A stretch of DNA of 64,000 nucleotides from an uncultured Pseudomonadales bacterium (lineage in GTDB: Bacteria > Pseudomonadota > Alphaproteobacteria > UBA2136 > UBA6156), in contig CAZROO010000004.1 in NCBI GenBank assembly GCA_964601735.1, forward strand, positions 10,289 to 74,288. The letters are read 5' to 3'. The notes beneath the pieces are model-generated. The model had not been told where the DNA came from and did no database searches. It saw only the letters and a list, made by a program, of their open reading frames with translations. How positions within the stretch are numbered: the first letter of the stretch is position 1; each line of letters opens with the position of its first letter. Shown in pieces: positions 21,426 through 30,075 of the stretch. Both the position numbers and the translations under genes were made by a program.

Positions 21426-22331
21426 CTAGTCGCCGATGGCTTCGGCCAAGTCCTGCTTTTGCAGCCTTTTCACCTCGTCGCGGCTCATCACGGGTTCGGG
21501 ATTTTCCGAGGCCCGCAGAATGTAGTGGCTATGGCGGTCTGGTGACCGGCGGTAGCCGCCCGTGGTGTTGTCGCCGATGCCTTGGGCCCGCCACCTGGCC
21601 AGCCGTTCGGCCGTTTCGGCCTTTGGCTGGAGCGTGGGTTTGTCGGCCCAAGCCTTGGCTACACGATGTTCCCACGGGGCAACCGCGGGTTTCGCTTGCC
21701 CCAGAAGGATGACCTCCGGTAGCGGCGGCCTTGGCTTTGCGGGCCGTTGCCAACGCACCAACGCCTTGGGCTGCCAGAGAACCGGCAGGAACACCTTGCG
21801 GGGTTCGTCCGGCGGCGCTTTGGTAGCGGGTGGCGTGGCGTCAGTTTCCTGCCGTCCGTCCAACTGCTGCTTCAGCGCTTCCAGCCCTTCGAGGCCTTTT
21901 TGCCATTTGCCCGGTTTCGGTTTTTCGGGCTCCGGCGGCCGGGCCTTCTGCGACGCATGCCAGGCATGCGTCGGCGGAAGGGTGCCGTTGGCCAGATCGG
22001 CGATGTCTTGCTTCTCAAGCAGTTTGAGTAGCTCGTTCATCCCCCAGGCCATGCCTTCGAGGCGGCCTTTTGTGCGCTCCTGCCGGGCCAGCGTCTCCAC
22101 GGTTGTGGCGACGTCGCCGGGGTCGGTATCGTTCAACACCTTTTGGGCGTTGGCGACACGGGCCTCGAAGGCGGCCTTTTTGGGCTTGCCGGGTTTGCCG
22201 GTTTTGGTCGGCTTGCCGAGATTTTCTGGGGCGTCGTGGTTGCCTTCGAGAATCTCATTGGCCGCTTTTCTGCCGGTTTGGGCTTGGTCGAGCTTGGCCA
22301 GCAGGTCTTTCAGGGTATCGTCACCTGTCAT
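21426..22331 (-). CDS. hypothetical Lys/Pro-rich, largely disordered protein
   Basis: RBS GGAGAAAACCCACC before ATG 22331. AT-rich promoter-like region upstream. No recognisable domain. Confidence 0.5.
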   Translation of the reverse strand: MTGDDTLKDLLAKLDQAQTGRKAANEILEGNHDAPENLGKPTKTGKPGKPKKAAFEARVANAQKVLNDTDPGDVATTVETLARQERTKGRLEGMAWGMNELLKLLEKQDIADLANGTLPPTHAWHASQKARPPEPEKPKPGKWQKGLEGLEALKQQLDGRQETDATPPATKAPPDEPRKVFLPVLWQPKALVRWQRPAKPRPPLPEVILLGQAKPAVAPWEHRVAKAWADKPTLQPKAETAERLARWRAQGIGDNTTGGYRRSPDRHSHYILRASENPEPVMSRDEVKRLQKQDLAEAIGD

Positions 22332-22456
22332 GGTGGGTTTTCTCCAAAAAGGACGTTTCAAGATTATTCAAATGTAGGTGTTATATGTATACAATACAAT
22401 ATGCGGGATGGTAAAAAACGCCCTACCCCCCTCGCCCGGCCCGGCTTTAAGAAGGG

Positions 22457-24361
22457 CTAGGATTCCAGAAGTTTCTGGCGCCACCAGACGATGAAGCAGG
22501 CGGCCAGCATGGTGTAGGCGCCGTCGACCTCGCCCTTGAGGGTGGCCTGGAACCAGCGTTTGGTGTTCTCGTTATCGAGCCAGTCGGCCTGGCGGCTGCG
22601 CAGGGTGTCGATGACCAGCCCCCTGCCCTCGCCCAGCAGCCACTGGCGCACCGGGGCGCCAAAACCGGCCTTTTTGCGCCATAATACGCTGGCTGGCAGG
22701 CGATGTTTGACCGCCTGCTTGAACATCCATTTAAGGTGCAGGCCATTCAGCTTGGTGGTAGGCGGCACGTCGGCCATGAAATTGACCAGTCGGCGGTCGG
22801 TGAGCGGCACGCGCACCTCGACGCCGTGGGCCATGGCGGCCTTGTCGCCGTAATTGAGGTTGTGATCGGGCAGGAAACCCGCAAGCTCCATATGTAGCAG
22901 GCGGTTGACGGGGTCTTGGCCGAGGCTTTCGGTTTGGGCTTCGTCGAGTGCGTTGCCCCAGCCGCCTGCGAGCTGGCGGCGCCAGTCGACGTTGAGCAGT
23001 TGCCACGCCGCCGGGTGGCTGTTGGTGCGGAAGGCGTTGCGGAGGAATTTCTCTTCGTCGAGCGCGAGCAGGCCCGCCAGTTGCCCGGCGCGGCGGCCCA
23101 TGCCGCCGAGTTTCATTTTTTGGAGCAGCGGCGCGGCGGTTTTGAGCAGATTGGCCGCCAGCGGCGCGTTTTTGCCCGCGTACTGGCGCAGCCGCGCGCT
23201 GAGGTGGCGTCGGTAGCCGGTGAAGATGTCGTCGCCGCCGGTGCCGGACATGAGCACCTTGATGCCGTCGGCCCTCGCCTGCTTGGCGATGTCTTCGACA
23301 AACAGCGGCGCGGGGTCGGCGGTGGGTTCGTCGAGCAGCGCGGCCAGGCCCGGCAGGCGGCCGAGCACGCCTTTGCTTTCCACCATCATCGGCTTGATGG
23401 GCACGCCCAGGCCTTCGGCCACCTTTTTGGCGTAGAAGAGGTCGTCGCTGAACCCTTCCTTTTTCATGCCGCCGTCATTAAAACCGATACAATAGGTTTG
23501 CGCGGGCTTGTGGCCGGTGGCCACCATGCTGGCCACCACCGCGCTGCTGTCGACCCCGCCGGAAAGGAAGGCGCCCAGCGGTACATCGGCGATGCACTGT
23601 TCGTTCACGACGCTATCGAGCAGGTGCAGCAGTTGCTCGGGCGTGCGATCGGGATGATAGAAAGGCACGCCGTTTTCGAGCGTGGGCAGCAGGTGGCTGT
23701 ACCATTTTTTGATGTCGATGCTGACGCCGCCATTGGTGTGGCGCAGCACCATGTAATGGCCGGGCCTGAGCTTTTTGATGCCCTTGAGCGGCGTGCGCTC
23801 GCCGGGGCTCCACAGCAGCGTGAGATAATCGGCCAGCGCGGCGGGGTCGGGCGTGGTATCGACGCCCGGCACCTTGAGCAGCGCCTTCAGCTCGCTGGCG
23901 AAGGCCACGCCCTGCGGGGTTTGGGCGTAATAGAGCGGCTTGATGCCGGCGTGGTCGCGGGCAATGAATAGCTCGTTTTTTTGCGTATCGAAAATGGCGA
24001 AGGCGAACATGCCCTCCAGCCGGTAGAGCATGCCTGGGCCGAGCATGTCGTAGAGGGGCGCGAGCACGGCGGTGTCGGAATTCGGGTTATAGGAATAGCC
24101 GCGGGCGTTGAGGTCGGCGTGCAGGGTTTTATAATTGTAGATTTCGCCATTGAACACGACCTGGTAGCGCTCGCCTACCGCGCTCATCGGCTGCGCGGCG
24201 GCGGGGCTGAGGTCGATGATGCTGAGGCGCTGGTGAACCAGCGTGACGCCTGGTGCGCTCCAGACGCCGTTGCCGTCCGGCCCGCGATGGGCCTGCGCGG
24301 CAGCCATTGGCCCCGCCAGCGCCGGGTTGAAGTTACCGAATAAGCCTGCAATGCCGCACAT
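22457..24361 (-). CDS. asnB: asparagine synthetase (glutamine-hydrolysing)
   Basis: N-terminal MCGIAG (Ntn Cys2). Synthetase-domain SGGVDSS PP-loop. Confidence 0.9.
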   Translation of the reverse strand: MCGIAGLFGNFNPALAGPMAAAQAHRGPDGNGVWSAPGVTLVHQRLSIIDLSPAAAQPMSAVGERYQVVFNGEIYNYKTLHADLNARGYSYNPNSDTAVLAPLYDMLGPGMLYRLEGMFAFAIFDTQKNELFIARDHAGIKPLYYAQTPQGVAFASELKALLKVPGVDTTPDPAALADYLTLLWSPGERTPLKGIKKLRPGHYMVLRHTNGGVSIDIKKWYSHLLPTLENGVPFYHPDRTPEQLLHLLDSVVNEQCIADVPLGAFLSGGVDSSAVVASMVATGHKPAQTYCIGFNDGGMKKEGFSDDLFYAKKVAEGLGVPIKPMMVESKGVLGRLPGLAALLDEPTADPAPLFVEDIAKQARADGIKVLMSGTGGDDIFTGYRRHLSARLRQYAGKNAPLAANLLKTAAPLLQKMKLGGMGRRAGQLAGLLALDEEKFLRNAFRTNSHPAAWQLLNVDWRRQLAGGWGNALDEAQTESLGQDPVNRLLHMELAGFLPDHNLNYGDKAAMAHGVEVRVPLTDRRLVNFMADVPPTTKLNGLHLKWMFKQAVKHRLPASVLWRKKAGFGAPVRQWLLGEGRGLVIDTLRSRQADWLDNENTKRWFQATLKGEVDGAYTMLAACFIVWWRQKLLES

Positions 24362-24561
24362 AGGTAACGATTAGTACGCAGGACGGCGCCAATAGTAAAG
24401 TCAAACAGTGGTAAAGAGGTTGTAAACGCCACGTAAGCTTAGTTGCGTTTAACTTACCTGATGGCCTTTTGATATTGCTCCCTGCGGCAGGCAGTCTACC
24501 ATGAGGCTGTGGGAGGGCGCCGGTGTCTGAAGGCTCTCGCCCCGACAGAGGAGGAAAAGAC

Positions 24562-24900
24562 ATGAAAACGAAAAAAACTCTGCTTGGCATCGCCGCCGTG
24601 GCCGGACTGGCTGCTGCGGGGATGGCCCTGCCGACTGCCGCCAGTGCGCAGGAGTGGCACGGTGGACGGGACTGGCATGATGGCGGTCACCGCTGGCATG
24701 ACGGGGGTGGTTATCGCCACGGCCCGCGCGGTTACTGGCATCATGGCCGTTACGGTTACTGGCGCGACGGCATGTGGGTAAACCTGGGTTATCCGGGCTA
24801 TTATGGGGCTCCGGTGGCCTACTACCAGCCGCAACCGGTGGCCTATTACCCGGCGCCGTATTATGGCCCGGCGTTGGGGCTGTCATTCCATATTCATTAG
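24562..24900 (+). CDS. small secreted His/Trp/Gly/Tyr-rich protein
   Basis: RBS GAGGAGGAAAAG. Signal peptide MKTKKTLLGIAAVAGLAAAGMALPTAASA. Repeats of WHDGG followed by a YYxP-rich tail. Confidence 0.55.
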   Translation: MKTKKTLLGIAAVAGLAAAGMALPTAASAQEWHGGRDWHDGGHRWHDGGGYRHGPRGYWHHGRYGYWRDGMWVNLGYPGYYGAPVAYYQPQPVAYYPAPYYGPALGLSFHIH

Positions 24901-24911
24901 GAACGTATAGA

Positions 24912-24950
24912 CCGGTGCCTGAGCTTGTGCCCGGGCGCCGTTTTTTTGAC
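24912..24950 (+). terminator. hairpin plus T7 terminator
   Basis: GC hairpin followed by TTTTTTT. Confidence 0.5.
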
Positions 24951-25004
24951 GCTGGATTTTTATACCGGAACGGATAACCTGTTTTAACCAAAGGAGAAGC
25001 AAAA

Positions 25005-25409
25005 ATGAAAACACCCCTGATAGCTCTTACCGCCTTGCTGGCTGCCACCGCCGGTACGGCCCTGGCCCAGACCCGCTGGCAAGGCCACGACTGGGACCCG
25101 CCCGCGAGCCAGCAATGGCATCACGATAACGGTCGTCATTCCGGCTGGGAGCGCCGTGAGGAACGCCGCCGCATGGTGTACGCGCCGCGCCGTGGGGCGA
25201 CTGTGCGCGAGTACGTATATTACCCCAATGCGCGTGCCTACTACGCGCCGTGGAATAAACGCTGGTACTACCGTCGTGGCAGCCGCTGGGTGGTGGCCGA
25301 ACGCGCGCCGGTGAGCATCAACCTGGGTAACGGGCTTAGCATCAGCCTGGGTGCCGACAGCCCGGTGGTATACGACAGCTACGTGGTGAAGCACTACCGC
25401 GAGTACTAA
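25005..25409 (+). CDS. small secreted protein with Tyr/Arg-rich C-terminal module
   Basis: Signal peptide MKTPLIALTALLAATAGTALA. C-terminal motif YVYYPNARAYY..KRWYYRRGSRW shared with the 25941-26525 protein. Confidence 0.55.
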   Translation: MKTPLIALTALLAATAGTALAQTRWQGHDWDPPASQQWHHDNGRHSGWERREERRRMVYAPRRGATVREYVYYPNARAYYAPWNKRWYYRRGSRWVVAERAPVSINLGNGLSISLGADSPVVYDSYVVKHYREY

Positions 25410-25417
25410 ACCACCGC

Positions 25418-25448
25418 GTTTTCACGGCCCCCAAGCGGGGCCGTTTTT
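25418..25448 (+). terminator. rho-independent terminator
   Basis: CACGGCCCC-CAAG-CGGGGCCG followed by TTTTTTA. Confidence 0.6.
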
Positions 25449-25581
25449 TATACGTAAATATCTGGAGTAAAAACATAAAAATGGCCTGCCGACCGTGTTG
25501 GCGCAGGCTGCCAGCAACCCTGTTGGAGACTAGACTGCGCCACCAATAAATAACCACTAATAAATAAGGGAGGATTATGTG

Positions 25582-25944
25582 ATGAAGAAGGACTTCCAGA
25601 AAACCACCGCCCTGTTCATGGCTACCGTGGGGTTGATGGCGAGCATTGCCGCGGCCCAGAGTTCGGGCGGCGGCTTTTCCGGCGACATGAACACCGGCAC
25701 AGGCACCGATGCCGGCGGCAACCCGGCGGGTGAATCGGCCGGTGGCAGCCTGAATGGCAACGCCCGCGTGAACACCGGCTACAACACCAGCAACGGCCGT
25801 AGCAGCACAGGCCCAGGTGGCGCGGGTGTCCGTGCCAACACCGCCAACAACCGGCATGTGAGCGAGAGCTGGATGAAGCATCGCTCCCATATGGGAACGA
25901 CGAGCATCACCAGCGCCAGTACAGGTAAGGGAGAAACAAAATGA
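25582..25944 (+). CDS. small secreted Gly/Ser/Asn/Thr-rich low-complexity protein
   Basis: RBS GGGAGG lies 8 nt before ATG. Signal peptide. Stop overlaps the next start (ATGA). Confidence 0.5.
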   Translation: MKKDFQKTTALFMATVGLMASIAAAQSSGGGFSGDMNTGTGTDAGGNPAGESAGGSLNGNARVNTGYNTSNGRSSTGPGGAGVRANTANNRHVSESWMKHRSHMGTTSITSASTGKGETK

Positions 25945-26525
25945 AAAGCACCTTTACGCTGGTGGCCCTGGTGATGGCCGGTGAAGCGATGCCGGTGGTT
26001 GGTTGGACGCAGGTGTTGACCACCGGCGGCACGGCGGGCAGCAGCATTAACGACGGCGCCAACATCGGCGCAGGCAACCATACCGGGGCGAGCGTCAATT
26101 TCAGTAACCCCGAGGCTGATCAGATTCGCACCCGGCTGGGCGGCAGCGGCCAAGCTGTGGCCAAACAAAACACGATAGGGCAGCTAAGACAGGCCGGAAC
26201 CGTCAGCACCAATAACGTGACCACCACGCCCGCGATGACGGGCGCGACGGGGAGCGTTCATGGCAACACCGCCGGGGCGGTGCGGGCCACCCGGGAAGTT
26301 CGGGGGGCGGCGACAGTGGCGGATATTCTGCCGCGCGGCAGCGCCAGCTATACTTATTACCCCGAGGCGCAGGTCTATTTTTCGTCCACTACCAAGAAGA
26401 CCTATTACTACAGCCGCAAGGGTCGCTGGTATTCCAGCACCAGCCTGCCCACGGGGGTAAAGCTCACCAACGGCCGCAGCGTACAGCTTAACGGCAATGG
26501 GGCGGCGAGCGTGATGACGCCGTAA
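25941..26525 (+). CDS. small secreted protein: low-complexity N-region plus Tyr-rich C-terminal module, paralogous to 25005-25409
   Basis: Signal peptide. C-terminal YTYYPEAQVYF..KKTYYYSRKGRWY aligns with the protein at 25005-25409. Confidence 0.55.
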   Translation: MKSTFTLVALVMAGEAMPVVGWTQVLTTGGTAGSSINDGANIGAGNHTGASVNFSNPEADQIRTRLGGSGQAVAKQNTIGQLRQAGTVSTNNVTTTPAMTGATGSVHGNTAGAVRATREVRGAATVADILPRGSASYTYYPEAQVYFSSTTKKTYYYSRKGRWYSSTSLPTGVKLTNGRSVQLNGNGAASVMTP

Positions 26526-26591
26526 GAGTGTGCGCCTTGTGTACGGTTAGCGCTTGACGGCCAGAAACTCTGCCCGTAAAACCCCTGCGCT

Positions 26592-26666
26592 TCCGGCGTA
26601 GCTCAGCGGTAGAGCAACGGACTGTTAATCCGTGGGTCGTTGGTTCGATCCCAACCGCCGGAGCCA
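26592..26666 (+). tRNA. tRNA-Asn (anticodon GTT)
   Basis: TCCGGCGTAGCTCAGCGGTAGAGC ... anticodon loop CTGTTAA ... GGTTCGATCCCAACC GCCGGAGCCA. Confidence 0.85.
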
Positions 26667-26667
26667 G

Positions 26668-26700
26668 ATTTAAAGCCCATCCAAGGATGGGCTTTTTTAT
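26668..26700 (+). terminator. rho-independent terminator after tRNA-Asn
   Basis: AAAGCCCATCC-AAG-GATGGGCTTT followed by TTTAT. Confidence 0.7.
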
Positions 26701-26746
26701 ACTTTTTGATAAATTTTTAAATGAGGCAGGCAAAGAGAATACAGAA

Positions 26747-26839
26747 GGTTGGGATTGAACCAACGACCCACGGGTTGCGCCGAAGGCGCACTGTTTATGG
26801 AGAGGGCAGTCCGTTGCTCTACCGCTGAGCTACGCCGGA
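26747..26839 (-). pseudogene. tRNA-Asn-derived pseudo-tRNA (inverted partial duplicate with altered anticodon loop, no 3' acceptor strand)
   Basis: Minus strand repeats ~20 nt of upstream leader plus tRNA-Asn positions 1-33. A 32-nt insert then replaces TTAAT in the anticodon loop. The T-arm follows (1 mismatch) but the acceptor 3' strand and CCA are absent. Confidence 0.55.
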
Positions 26840-26948
26840 AGCGGTGGGGTTTTACGGGCAGGCGCGGGCGCCGTTAAGCAGAATACAATATGGCGCCCAG
26901 CATGGCGGCAGACTTGACGTTTTGCACCGCTTGGCCGAGGCTGAAGCC

Positions 26949-27593
26949 ATGCAAGAACAAGCCCGGCACAACATGGTGGATGGCCAACTCCGGCCTAATC
27001 AGGTCAACAACCATGCCCTGCTGGGCCGCCTGAGCAGTGTGGCGCGGGAGGATTTTGTTCCCGTGAGTTACCGCCAGACTGCTTATGCCGATACGGTGAC
27101 GCCGCTTTCGGCCACCCGCAGCCTGCCCGCGCCTATGACCCTGGCGCGGTTGCTTCAGGCGCTGGAACTGAAGGAAAACGACAACGTGCTGATTGTGGCG
27201 GGCAACAGCGGGTACAGTGCCGCGCTGGTGGCGCCGCTGGTGGCCGGTGTGACCCTGATTGAAGATGATCAGGCCTTGCTTAGCCAGGCGGGCAGGCATC
27301 TTTCTGGCTTTGCCAACGTGAGCGTGCATAACGCCGCGCCAACCGCCGGTTACCCGCAAACGGCGCCGTACAGCGTGATTCTGCTGGATGCCGCCGCTGC
27401 GCACCTTCCGCAAACGCTAACCTCGCAACTGGCCGAGGGGGGCCGCCTTGGCGCCGTGACGCTGGGCGGCAACGGATTGTGGGTGGCCAGTATTGTCACC
27501 AAGCATGGCGGAACGCTGTTTACTGAAGAACTGTTCGAGGCCAAACCGGCGTTGCACCCGGCGTTGATGGCCGAGCAGGGCTTTGTATTTTAA
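26949..27593 (+). CDS. pcm: protein-L-isoaspartate O-methyltransferase-like
   Basis: MVDGQLRPNQV..L..VARE.FVP is a PCMT-family N-terminus. Start chosen at internal Met 26949. Confidence 0.7.
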   Translation: MQEQARHNMVDGQLRPNQVNNHALLGRLSSVAREDFVPVSYRQTAYADTVTPLSATRSLPAPMTLARLLQALELKENDNVLIVAGNSGYSAALVAPLVAGVTLIEDDQALLSQAGRHLSGFANVSVHNAAPTAGYPQTAPYSVILLDAAAAHLPQTLTSQLAEGGRLGAVTLGGNGLWVASIVTKHGGTLFTEELFEAKPALHPALMAEQGFVF

Positions 27594-27677
27594 TATAAAC
27601 CTGCCCGGCCATCCCCTTATGTTGTGCGCCGTTGGCACAACGGCCGAGCAGGATTTTGTATTTTAATATAAACCTGT
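27569..27677. repeat. 35-bp direct repeat (2 mismatches) duplicating the 3' end of pcm
   Basis: GGCCGAGCAGGGCTTTGTATTTTAATATAAACCTG at 27569-27603 and GGCCGAGCAGGATTTTGTATTTTAATATAAACCTG at 27643-27677. Spacer contains a 7-bp hairpin. Confidence 0.65.
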
Positions 27678-27692
27678 GTTTTAGGAAATTTT

Positions 27693-27767
27693 TGGAGGCC
27701 GGAACGGGATTTGAACCCGTGCATCGCGGTTTTGCAGACCGCTGCGTTACCACTTCGCCACCCGGCC
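27693..27767 (-). tRNA. tRNA-Cys (anticodon GCA)
   Basis: GGCCGGGTGGCGAAGTGGTAACGC ... anticodon loop CTGCAAA ... GGTTCAAATCC ... CCA on the minus strand. Confidence 0.8.
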
Positions 27768-27787
27768 CCTAGCCAGAACGGCGCTTA

Positions 27788-29665
27788 TCAATAGGCGGAG
27801 CCTGCCCCTGCCGTCAACCTCAATTCCTGCTCCACCAGATCGGCATCGCGGCGGAACAGTTCATTATGCAGGTTTTGAATTTGCGACAGGCGGGCCTTGA
27901 GCAGGTTCGGTTCCGCCGGGCCGGTAATGAGGCTGTTATATAAATAGGTAGCGGCCTTTTCGCGGTCCGGTTCCAGTAAGGTAAGGCGCTGCCAGCTGTA
28001 GGGATCGGCAGGTTGAATTTGTACGGCGGCGAACAGATTTTGCCTGGCGGCGGCCAACAAAACGGGGTTGCCGTGGGCCAGCAGCATATCCAGCAGGCCT
28101 ATCTCGCGGCGCCATTCGGCGTAATTCCACCAGCACAGGGCTTGGTTGAAATCGTTTTGCGCCTGCCGGAGGTTGGTTTGCGGCACCGGTTCCCCCGCCC
28201 TGGCCTGCGCCAGTACATGCTCGCCGCGCCAGACGTAGAGGGAGGGTATCGTTATCATCAGGGCCATGACCGTAAGCACGATGCCTGAGATGACAGATAC
28301 TTGATTGGTGACGGGTGATTCGCGCTGGTTGCGCGGCAGGCTTTGCACCGCGCACAGGCCCAGCAGCACCGAGAGGAAAAAGGCGACCGCTGGAATGTTG
28401 GGGCTGAAATCGACCCATGCGTGTGTGCTTGCGAGTAGCAATGCGCTTAAGCCTACCGCTGGATAAACCACGCCGTTACGCCGCACTTTCAATCCACGGA
28501 TAAAGATGCCCGCCAGCCCCACGCCAAGTGCCACCAGCAGCATGGTGGCGGGCCAGCCCATCTCCACCGCAAACTCCAGCCAACTGTTGTGGGCGTGGTC
28601 GACGCGGGCGTTTTCCGCCAACGGCAATTGCGGCGTGCGGTACAGGCGGAAGGCGGGCTCGAAACTGCCGAGGCCGGAGCCGGTCAGCGGCAGGGCTTGG
28701 GTTATTTTCCAGGTTATGGCGTAAATCGCCTGCCGCTCTCTTACCCCGGCATCGCCCTGCCCCAGGCGCTCAAGTGTTTCCTGCCCCGCGGTGTTCATGA
28801 CCACGACACCGAAGCCCAGTAGCAACGGCAAGGCGGCGAGCAGAAATATCCGTGCGCCGCGCGCGGCAAAAACCAGCGCCAGATAAAAAGCCGTGAGGCC
28901 CAACCCGCACGCCAGCAGGCCGCCGCGCGAATGGCTGAGCAGCAGTGTGACGAAAATGATGAACGCGAACCCGAACCACCAGCGTCCGGGCCTGAGCACC
29001 AGCACCTGAAGTGCCTTGACGCGTTGCCAGCCCAGGGCGCGTTTGCCGCCGGGGATTTCGCCGATGCGCAAAAGGCCTGCGCCCAGGCAGGCCAGCGTGC
29101 CCAGCCCGGCGAAGGTAGCGTAGCTGTTACGGTTGATGAAGGTGGCGGTGAGATCGTTCAGGTAGAATTTTTTAGCCTGCCAGAATACCGCTTGCGTGCC
29201 GGTGAGATGCATCAACAAGCCGTTGAGTGCGATAAACAGTGCGGCGAGCGCTAGGCCTTTGAAGAGTTGACGGGCGGCGGTGCTGCTGCCGCCGGTTTTC
29301 CACGCCAGCAAAAACCCGGTGGCGTAGAGCCCGCCGTTGAGTAACGCGAGCAGCCCGTTTTGGGGTGTGAGGCTAATGGTGTGTGTGGTGCTTTGCAGCG
29401 GGTGCATCAGCCTGGCGAGTTGCGGCGGCAGGGGCAGAATTTGCACTGTGCCCCACAGCATCAATAGTACCCACCCCGCCAACAGCCAGCGCGGCAAATG
29501 CGGCCCGTGGGGGTTGGAGAGCATCAGCAGCGCACCGCAAACCGACGCCATTGCGCCGCTGAACAGCGGATTATTGGCACCGAAAAACGCTGCCCCCGCC
29601 AGAGTCACGAGCGGCAGAACTACAACCGACACGCTTCGCTTAACAGGCTGAAAAATAAACGCCAT
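27788..29665 (-). CDS. O-antigen ligase/polymerase-family (Wzy_C) membrane protein with C-terminal TPR-like domain
   Basis: ~10 TM helices with a Wzy_C-type central loop region, then a soluble helical C-terminal third. Confidence 0.7.
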   Translation of the reverse strand: MAFIFQPVKRSVSVVVLPLVTLAGAAFFGANNPLFSGAMASVCGALLMLSNPHGPHLPRWLLAGWVLLMLWGTVQILPLPPQLARLMHPLQSTTHTISLTPQNGLLALLNGGLYATGFLLAWKTGGSSTAARQLFKGLALAALFIALNGLLMHLTGTQAVFWQAKKFYLNDLTATFINRNSYATFAGLGTLACLGAGLLRIGEIPGGKRALGWQRVKALQVLVLRPGRWWFGFAFIIFVTLLLSHSRGGLLACGLGLTAFYLALVFAARGARIFLLAALPLLLGFGVVVMNTAGQETLERLGQGDAGVRERQAIYAITWKITQALPLTGSGLGSFEPAFRLYRTPQLPLAENARVDHAHNSWLEFAVEMGWPATMLLVALGVGLAGIFIRGLKVRRNGVVYPAVGLSALLLASTHAWVDFSPNIPAVAFFLSVLLGLCAVQSLPRNQRESPVTNQVSVISGIVLTVMALMITIPSLYVWRGEHVLAQARAGEPVPQTNLRQAQNDFNQALCWWNYAEWRREIGLLDMLLAHGNPVLLAAARQNLFAAVQIQPADPYSWQRLTLLEPDREKAATYLYNSLITGPAEPNLLKARLSQIQNLHNELFRRDADLVEQELRLTAGAGSAY

Positions 29666-29720
29666 TCTGTCCTTTACATTGTTTTATTGCCGCCATATAC
29701 CACCTGTCGTTGTCTGACAA

Positions 29721-30071
29721 ATGGCAAAAATATGGGGACTCTTGATTCTTCTTGGCTTGAGCATGGGTGCTTTTGCCGCGCCTGTAGCAGACCCGCTGGC
29801 CCATATTGCTGCACTCAAAGCCCAGAGCCACGTTCTGGCCCGGCAGGCGCTGGAGGATATTCTGCGTGAGCTGGCGCGGCATCCATCCCCGGAAAACGAT
29901 AAGCTGGTGACGGAACTGCTTGAGCAAAACCCCGACCTGGTAGCCGAGATTGCCGATGCTATTGAACCCGCCGCAGGCCCCTCCCCGGCGCCGGAATTTG
30001 GAAGTGGTGAGGCTACTGCTTTTGATATTCCGCTTGAAAACCCCAACCAGATTAGCGCCAACCAGCCGTAG
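29721..30071 (+). CDS. small secreted acidic hypothetical protein
   Basis: Signal peptide MAKIWGLLILLGLSMGAFAAP. First gene of the export locus. Confidence 0.45.
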   Translation: MAKIWGLLILLGLSMGAFAAPVADPLAHIAALKAQSHVLARQALEDILRELARHPSPENDKLVTELLEQNPDLVAEIADAIEPAAGPSPAPEFGSGEATAFDIPLENPNQISANQP

Positions 30072-30075
30072 CTTT

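Noticed and set aside
26488-26763. 91-aa minus ORF over tRNA-Asn and its pseudo-copy
   Set aside because: It overlaps the tRNA and terminator. The sequence is better explained as RNA features.
26747-26839. Second tRNA-Asn copy as a functional intron-containing tRNA
   Set aside because: The acceptor 3' strand and CCA are absent and the anticodon-stem 3' side is mismatched, so it is called a pseudogene or repeat instead.
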